Part shown: positions 57,076 through 64,000 of the stretch, piece by piece | How positions within the stretch are numbered: the stretch's first letter is position 1 | How the letters are laid out: every line of letters starts with the position of its first letter | NCBI RefSeq assembly: GCF_006345805.1 | Contig: NC_043009.1 | Coordinates: forward strand, 3,162,001 to 3,226,000 | From: Octopus sinensis | Lineage: Eukaryota | Direction: 5' to 3' | DNA: 64,000 nucleotides | The notes under the pieces: generated by a model | The model's database searches: none | The model's input: the letters and a program-made list of their open reading frames with translations, nothing else | What the model was told of the DNA's origin: nothing | Program-made: the position numbers and the translations under genes

Positions 57076-57436
57076 ACTGCGGGCAATATTCGCATGTAAA
57101 CATAAAGTGTTAAAAATCAAGCATGCTTGTCGTTATCAAGTTGATAAATGAAATACATTTTTGTTTTTGAAAAGTTGTAGCAGTTGTTTGAAGGTTAAGA
57201 TAATGAACAATGCATATATACGTATTGCTGGTAGGGAATTAAATTTTCTTTCATCTTCACTGAAACACTAGCATTTCCTAAATGATATTTTTTTTTCCTT
57301 GCAACATATTCTTACTTAGAATTTCAAGATATCTTACCGTTGTCTAATTCAGCATTGAACTGTTTTCTGGAAAATTAGTATCTCTTGTTTGAAGATTAAA
57401 TTAATGAAAAATACCTATATATATATATATATATAT

Positions 57437-57476
<40 letters not shown>

Positions 57477-58113
57477 CTTCTAGGGAATTAAATCCTTTTT
57501 ATTTTGAATTCAAACAGTAACGTTACTTAAATGAATTATATATTTTCGTTTCGCAACATTCTTCTTGCTTAGAATTTTGAGATGTCTTGTAGTTTATGTC
57601 TTAAGGAAGAATCTTTCCTGCTAAGAACAGTGAATTCCTTCACATTTCTAAGATCTATGAGTGGTATCAAACCAATGCGAAAGAAGAAAGACGGCGTTGA
57701 GTGCAAACCGCAATTACAGAGGAAAAGATCTACGTGCAGCATGAAGAGAAATTCAAATTTCTTTGAATATTACAAAGACTGGACAATTCTTCGAGCGAAA
57801 GTGAGAATTGTTGCCGATATTATTATTGTTACTGTTGCAGATGCTTTTGTTGTTGATCTTACTACATTTCTTGGAATTATCTACGTCATATTGCTTCAGA
57901 GTTTAATGTAACAAAGCAAAAGGTAAAATGTCAACTCTGGCGGAATTTAGCGTAGGTTGATAAAGGCCTTGAAATTTAGCGTTTAAAGAAAAATAGCCAT
58001 TATTATATACGTTTGCAGTGAGGATTTACACTTACATACACACATATAAAAGTAGTTATATATCACACACCTATGTGTGTGAACTATCTTTTATATATAT
58101 ATATAATATATAT

Positions 58114-58189
<76 letters not shown>

Positions 58190-58749
58190 TACGTGTATAC
58201 TTATTATATATGAATACCTTATGTGATTACATACATACATAAATAAGTACATTCATAAATGCATACATACACAATATATTTACATCCATATGTGTGTGAG
58301 TGTTCCGTACACACTGAAACCAAAAAGCCCTTCGATCCGTTTGCTGGCAAATAAAATCAATGCCCAGATTAATGTGGCTATATTAAGTACTACGTTTTTT
58401 TAATGATAGATACTGAGGTATCTTCGGGATTTTCGAGCAAGAGTGTAGAACTGGGAACTGCGATCGAATCCTATATTGCCCGCATACAATATATCGATGC
58501 ATTGGGGAATCAAAAGAAGTGTCACAGTATTCAGATGATAACCTGGTGCCATGTATTTTATTTATTTGTTTATATATTTGGTTACATGATTTTGGAACAC
58601 TTCCGTAACATCTATACATACATACATACATACATACATACATACATACATACATACAGCGTCGATATGCATCCCTTGGCGAAGTTTCATACATGAGGCT
58701 GATAATATAATAAAATTTGGAAGACAGCCCCTTGAGCAACATTCCATGT

Positions 58750-59170
58750 GTGATAAAATAGAATTCATGCCAAAAGAAGTCGCACGTTACTACTGCAACG
58801 TATCTTCGGATAAAAAGATGAGCCTAAATGTGCAAAAGACTATACAAGGACATGTTAGTAGAAAGCTCCGACGTAACAGTAACATTGACCATCAAATAAG
58901 TCTATTATGGACCAATAGCCGGATTACTACCTCCCAATTTGAGGGTTATGCGTTTGCAATCCAGGAAGAAGAAATACCACAGGGAAATCAGTATAATGTG
59001 ACAACCAATGCAGATTTTGTGGAGTTAACACCGAAGATATCACCCACATCATAAGCAGTTGTCGAAAATGTAATAACGGCATTGTCTACCGATGAGACAT
59101 GATGTAGCTAGGACACTCTATAATAAAATCTGTTGGAAGGATAATCCCGAGGACAATGTGATAAGAACAC
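58750..59170 (+). mobile_element. Decayed R4/Dong-type LINE fragment (different family)
   Basis: IDHQISLLWTNSRITTSQFEGYAFAIQEEEI, then CRFC..EDITHIISSC and RHDV-like remnants across frameshifts. Confidence 0.7.
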
Positions 59171-59174
59171 ACAG

Positions 59175-59298
59175 TATGGTTCTGTGTTCTGGCCCACTGC
59201 GTAGAAGCTTATGCAGTGTTCTCTGCATTATTCTGGGGCCGAGCAAAAACTTTGAAGCGGATTTATAGACGGAAACTGAGAGAAGCCCGTATTATATA

Positions 59299-59329
<31 letters not shown>

Positions 59330-59590
59330 TATATTATGTGGTGTGTGTGTGTGTGTGTTTTTGTGTGTGTGTGTGTGTGTGGTGTGTGTGTGTGTGTGAG
59401 TGTGTCTCTGGTTGCTACGTGTTTACGTTTGGCCACACCAGGGTTTACGTCCAAGTAACCGACCAGTTTAGAAAAAGGGACGATGCAAATTGTAGCAGGA
59501 TTTAAAAATTAAATACTAGGGTTATTTCTTGGGACTAAATACGATTCAAACTAGTGTACCAGTGTGGTGGCAGTCTAATGAGTGAAACAA
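59175..59590 (+). mobile_element. SINE family A (old, diverged)
   Basis: TAGACGGAAACTGAGAGAAGCCCGT, internal microsatellite, CAGTCTAATGAGTGAAAC tail. Confidence 0.75.
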
Positions 59591-60457
59591 TTGACAGAGG
59601 AAAAGGTACAAGAAGATAGAATGGAGGTGGAGAGAGAATCAATAATGTGATAGCAACAGAGTAATAGCTGGCTGCATCAGAGAGCTCTCGGTTCATTGAA
59701 ATTTGACACACTAACTCGTGCCTTCAAATATCACGCTACATTCCGTAGTTGTACATTTGGAGATGCAATGTTTAAGTGTAATGGCGAGTTCATTTAGAGA
59801 ACGAGTGGGCTTGTCTTTTCCCAAGAGCTGGACGTATTCCAGGTTTGTCGTGTATTTACGTACGTTGACGAAGCAATTGAGGTGAAAGTAAATTCGGAGA
59901 TGATTGGTCAGAATACGACTTACGCACGTTATATAAACAGTCTAGTTAATAATTAAGCCAACATTTATAGGCCTATATCAATAATTATAGTGGACATTTA
60001 GTATACGTATATAGAGACATTCTGTCGAGATAATTTTGCTTCCTATGAATGCATTCATCAACCATATATCTACATTCTCATCAAAGCTCCCTAATCTATG
60101 ATTGGACAAGGCTGTGAATAAACATGTCTCTTAGACTGCATCCCCTCCCAAAGAAGCGTCCTCGATTAATTTCAACGAAGATGTTCAGCAAAACATTCCA
60201 AGCAGTGTTTGCACCCACACCGTAACATTTCTATCTGTAATACGGATGTAGATGTTTTCGTGCTATCTCTACTCAAACACCCGTGGCATTTTCAATTTTT
60301 TCCTGAACAGTTCACATTGCGTAGGACCCTGTCATAAATAACGGCCACAGTTTTACCACAAACCAAGCTTTATTGTATTCTTTTCTTATTAATGAATTTC
60401 CGACAGCTTTTCGTCCCAAGCTGCTTGCCAATCACCGATCTTACAGGGAACAACAGT

Positions 60458-60815
60458 GGAGGAGCAATGGCTAAGGCAGCGGTTCGTGGTCGGAGGATCG
60501 CGGTTTCGATTCCCAGACCGGGCGTTGTGTGTGTTTATTGAGTGAAAACACCTAAAGCTCCACGAGGCTCCGGTAGGGGGTGGTGGCGACCCCTATTGTA
60601 CTCTTTCGCTCCAACTTTCTCTCACTCTTTCTTTCTGTTTCTTGTCCCCGATTTCCTACGCAACCGCTGAGTCTGGATGCGCATTCATCCATCCGTCGAT
60701 GCTTTCGGTGTCGCGGGTTGACCTGCTTTCTCTTCTGCGGGTCGTACGAATAGCAAAGAACCACGTTTCGGACTTCTCCCATCTTGCTTGCTCCGGGACG
60801 AAGACCGTTCGTTCA
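60458..60815 (+). mobile_element. SINE family C, tail type 4
   Basis: Family C head and body; distinct tail with CTGCGGGTCGTACGAATAGCAAAG, ending in (CAA/CAG)n. Confidence 0.85.
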
Positions 60816-61964
60816 ACAGCAACAGCAGCAACAGCAACAACAGCAATAACAAAAAAGCAAGTGAATAATAACAAAGGCAGCAGCAGCAGCTTGCTTTTGC
60901 CTGATTCAATTAAAACCAATGTGTTTAAAGTGTGTATAATAAAACGAACGTGTAAACTATATCTGAACAAATAATAATTGCACAAAAATATTCATCTTAT
61001 TAACTGTTCTATATTTCATATTGATTTTCAGCAATACATATTTATTTACAGCATTTCTGTTCTGTGTTATTATAACGATTCCATGTGGGCGTAAGCAGCT
61101 ATCTGTGAAACATAAACACTGTTTGATAAGTTGTTTAGTTGCTGTATGAAGTTCTACAGATTTCAAGTGTTGAGTTCAAAGAATATATAAGTATTTCACA
61201 ATTGCCAGCAGATTTGCCAAAGGAAAGGAAAAAAATATTAAAACAACGCATATTTTCTTCTATGATTTTAATAATATTCAATTATTAACACTCAAATTTC
61301 ATATGATTTCCTACGCAGCAGAGGAGCGTGCAAAATGTTGTCTCACACCGCAAAGACAAATGTCTATGAATGAAAGCTTATAAGAAGAGTAAAAGGATCC
61401 GTAATAACACTTCATTAATAAATCATGCGAAAGCACGTAAACACTACGACATGGAAATTGTGGCAATGTATAACATAACTTGATATTTTAAGTTAATTCA
61501 ATTGGGTTGAACAGGAGAAAGAGGCTGTGTCTATCACGTTTTCACAATTTTGTTTACTCTGAAACCAGTGAGACAGAAGTAGATGTAGTTTCCCCTACGG
61601 GTAAATACTCACGACCGCACGAAATGAATGCCAATGCTCCAATATTTTCTGCCAGATGAAGTATTAGCTGCTTTAGTTAACGAGGTTATTCTGGAAGGAT
61701 GGCACAGAAAGTAACGCGGAAAGAGCAATGGGACGAGTAAGCTGGGTACAGATGGCCAAAATTCAGCCTTTGCAAATTTTCAAGCACCACTGTTTTAGTG
61801 TTTGGTACATCATGCAGAGGAGAAACAACATCCAGCAAAACACTTAATGGCAATCAAAGTAAAAATATTTACTTCCGTTTTGTTATAAATAATATATATC
61901 TTGGCACATCTATACAATGAAAGATGGTTGCAATCTTTATTCCTTTATTCGTTGATTCTTTTAA

Positions 61965-62180
61965 GTGTTTCAGTCAAATTAGTCGAATGAATCGGCCCCA
62001 GTACTTTTTTCTAATTTTTAATCCAAGTACTTATACTATCGGTCTCAGTTGCCGAACCACGAAGTCATGGTGACGCAGGCCGACAACCCCAGTGGTCAGC
62101 CAGTGGTGGGAGACAAGCATAGACATACACATACAGATGCACATACCACACACACACGCACACACACACACACACACACG

Positions 62181-62235
<55 letters not shown>

Positions 62236-62380
62236 GGATAGCTTCTTTCAGGTTCCCTCTACCAAATCCACTCACAAGGCAATGGTCGGCCCAAGGCTGG
62301 CCCCAGGTGCTACGCAGTAACACTGAACCCGGATCCACATGGTTAGGAATTAACTTTCTTACCTCACAGCCACTCCTGCG
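61965..62380 (-). mobile_element. SINE family A (diverged)
   Basis: Reverse-complement head ACAGCCACTCCTGCG and internal (CA)n(TA)n. Confidence 0.8.
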
Positions 62381-62779
62381 TAAGTTAGTGTAGAGCCACT
62401 GTTTCGTGGTTTTACCAATTATATTTCGCTGTTCGCATTCTAATTTCCAGACACACCTTATTAGAATTTACGGATAATTGCAGAGAATCATTCCTGTGAG
62501 CACAGACCATGAATTACATTCGTCTAAATTTAATGCATCCATGCTTAGAAATTGTATTACTTCAAGTTCGGCGGAAAAAGTTTATTATTTTGAGAGGTAA
62601 GAAGTCGAAAATTCACACACGATTTAATTCACAGGTGCATCCCTCTGGTATATATACCACTCTGGTATATTCGTTCCTATTTGATTAAATATATTTTGTA
62701 AAGATATCTTAGACTAATTATATATTAAGAAATGGAAGTGAGATAATCAAGGTGAACTGAATAGTTTCTTTAGGGACAT

Positions 62780-62855
62780 AGGATTCATACTATTTAGTAT
62801 TCCTACTATTTGGGAATCATACTATTTAGGATTCCAACTATTTAGATTCATACCG
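62780..62855. repeat. 16-bp minisatellite, about 5 copies
   Basis: Unit AGGATTCATACTATTT with variants. Confidence 0.85.
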
Positions 62856-63586
62856 TTTAATTTTAGAAAAAAGAAGAATTCAATTTTAAGTTTGCAGTGA
62901 AGTTTTTTTAGTCATCTATGAATGTTAAATTGAAAGCCAGTATGGTATATTCCTTCTTATTTGGTTATAAAGAATTAAAATTTGAAAAATATAGGAATAT
63001 TCACAAAATTATTATTTAAAGAATTTAAACGTTCGGGTCGTACGATGTATACAAGATACTCCCAGCCCCAGGCGGTTATTCAACAGATTTGTATTACTCT
63101 GATGTTTCAAAATTTCCTAAGTTTCCATAGAAGTTTCCAAAGTCGACAACCATCCCTACTATTTCTATAAGGCTGCGCTCTTCTTATTATATCCCATTTT
63201 AGGTTGAATTCTATATAATTTGTGTTTGGTTCCCAAATTTTGCTAAATAATGTGCAACCTGCGTTATGTTTGAGCCTAAAAGAGGAAAAATGATTGTTTA
63301 GACGTTTTTTTAAAATCTACCGAACAACTGAAATAAAGAAAGTTATTGTTTGAAGTTATTATCATCAAATAGCAGTAATTGGCATTTAGTTGTCACAACT
63401 AACTTGTCATTCTTGTTGCTTATTTTGATTATAATCACCCCACGGATTTTTATGGATAACGCCATACAGAATTCTGGTGCATCTAAATAAAGTACCATAT
63501 TCATATGAATCTAATTTTTGGCTGAGCTTATATGTGTATATATATATACATATATACATATATATATATATTATATATATATTATA

Positions 63587-63647
<61 letters not shown>

Positions 63648-63667
63648 CATATATACATATATGTATG

Positions 63668-63698
<31 letters not shown>

Positions 63699-63950
63699 GA
63701 CACATATATGCATTTATATAGTGCTCCAGCATGGTCGCAGTGAAATAAATAGAAAAGGAAAAAGAATAAAAGTGTGTGCGTGTGTGTATGCTTGTATGTC
63801 TACATGCATGTACATATGTGTAGAGTGTTTAAAGTGGTGTACAGATATTGTATATTGAGAAAAAAGGAGGCAGTCAGAATTTTGATATTGTTTTGACGAG
63901 TTCGGTAAACGGAGGAAATGTTGACTGCCTTTGTTTTTCTCAATATATTC

Positions 63951-63984
<34 letters not shown>

Positions 63985-64000
63985 TTTTGTGGTATCTATC

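Noticed and set aside
61652-61710. PDEVLAALVNEVILEGW resembling a Gypsy pol linker or a small exon
   Set aside because: Too short, with no supporting motifs nearby

Overview
AT-rich, microsatellite-saturated animal genomic DNA. The SINE families and (TA)n/(CA)n density point to an octopus (inference). Almost all ORFs in the supplied track are translations of microsatellites or SINEs. The window holds four tRNA-derived SINE families (about 30 copies), decayed LINEs (CR1/L2-type, R4/Dong-type, RTE-type), a probable Penelope-like RT relic, a solo LTR, a MITE, a non-autonomous Helitron and a 947-bp tandem duplication. One plausible host coding exon lies at 27132-26893 on the minus strand. The main signal is a pair of related non-coding elements (7461-8280 and 17681-18319). 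Each is a ~362-nt monomer repeated about 1.5 times plus a 5' inverted segment. Each carries a minimal hammerhead ribozyme with a U3:A8 core, a covarying stem II and a different palindromic helix III. They look like retrozyme/Penelope-type ribozyme retroelements. Several other short (TA)n-embedded repeats carry weaker hammerhead-like cores. All calls were made by eye and repeat coordinates are approximate.
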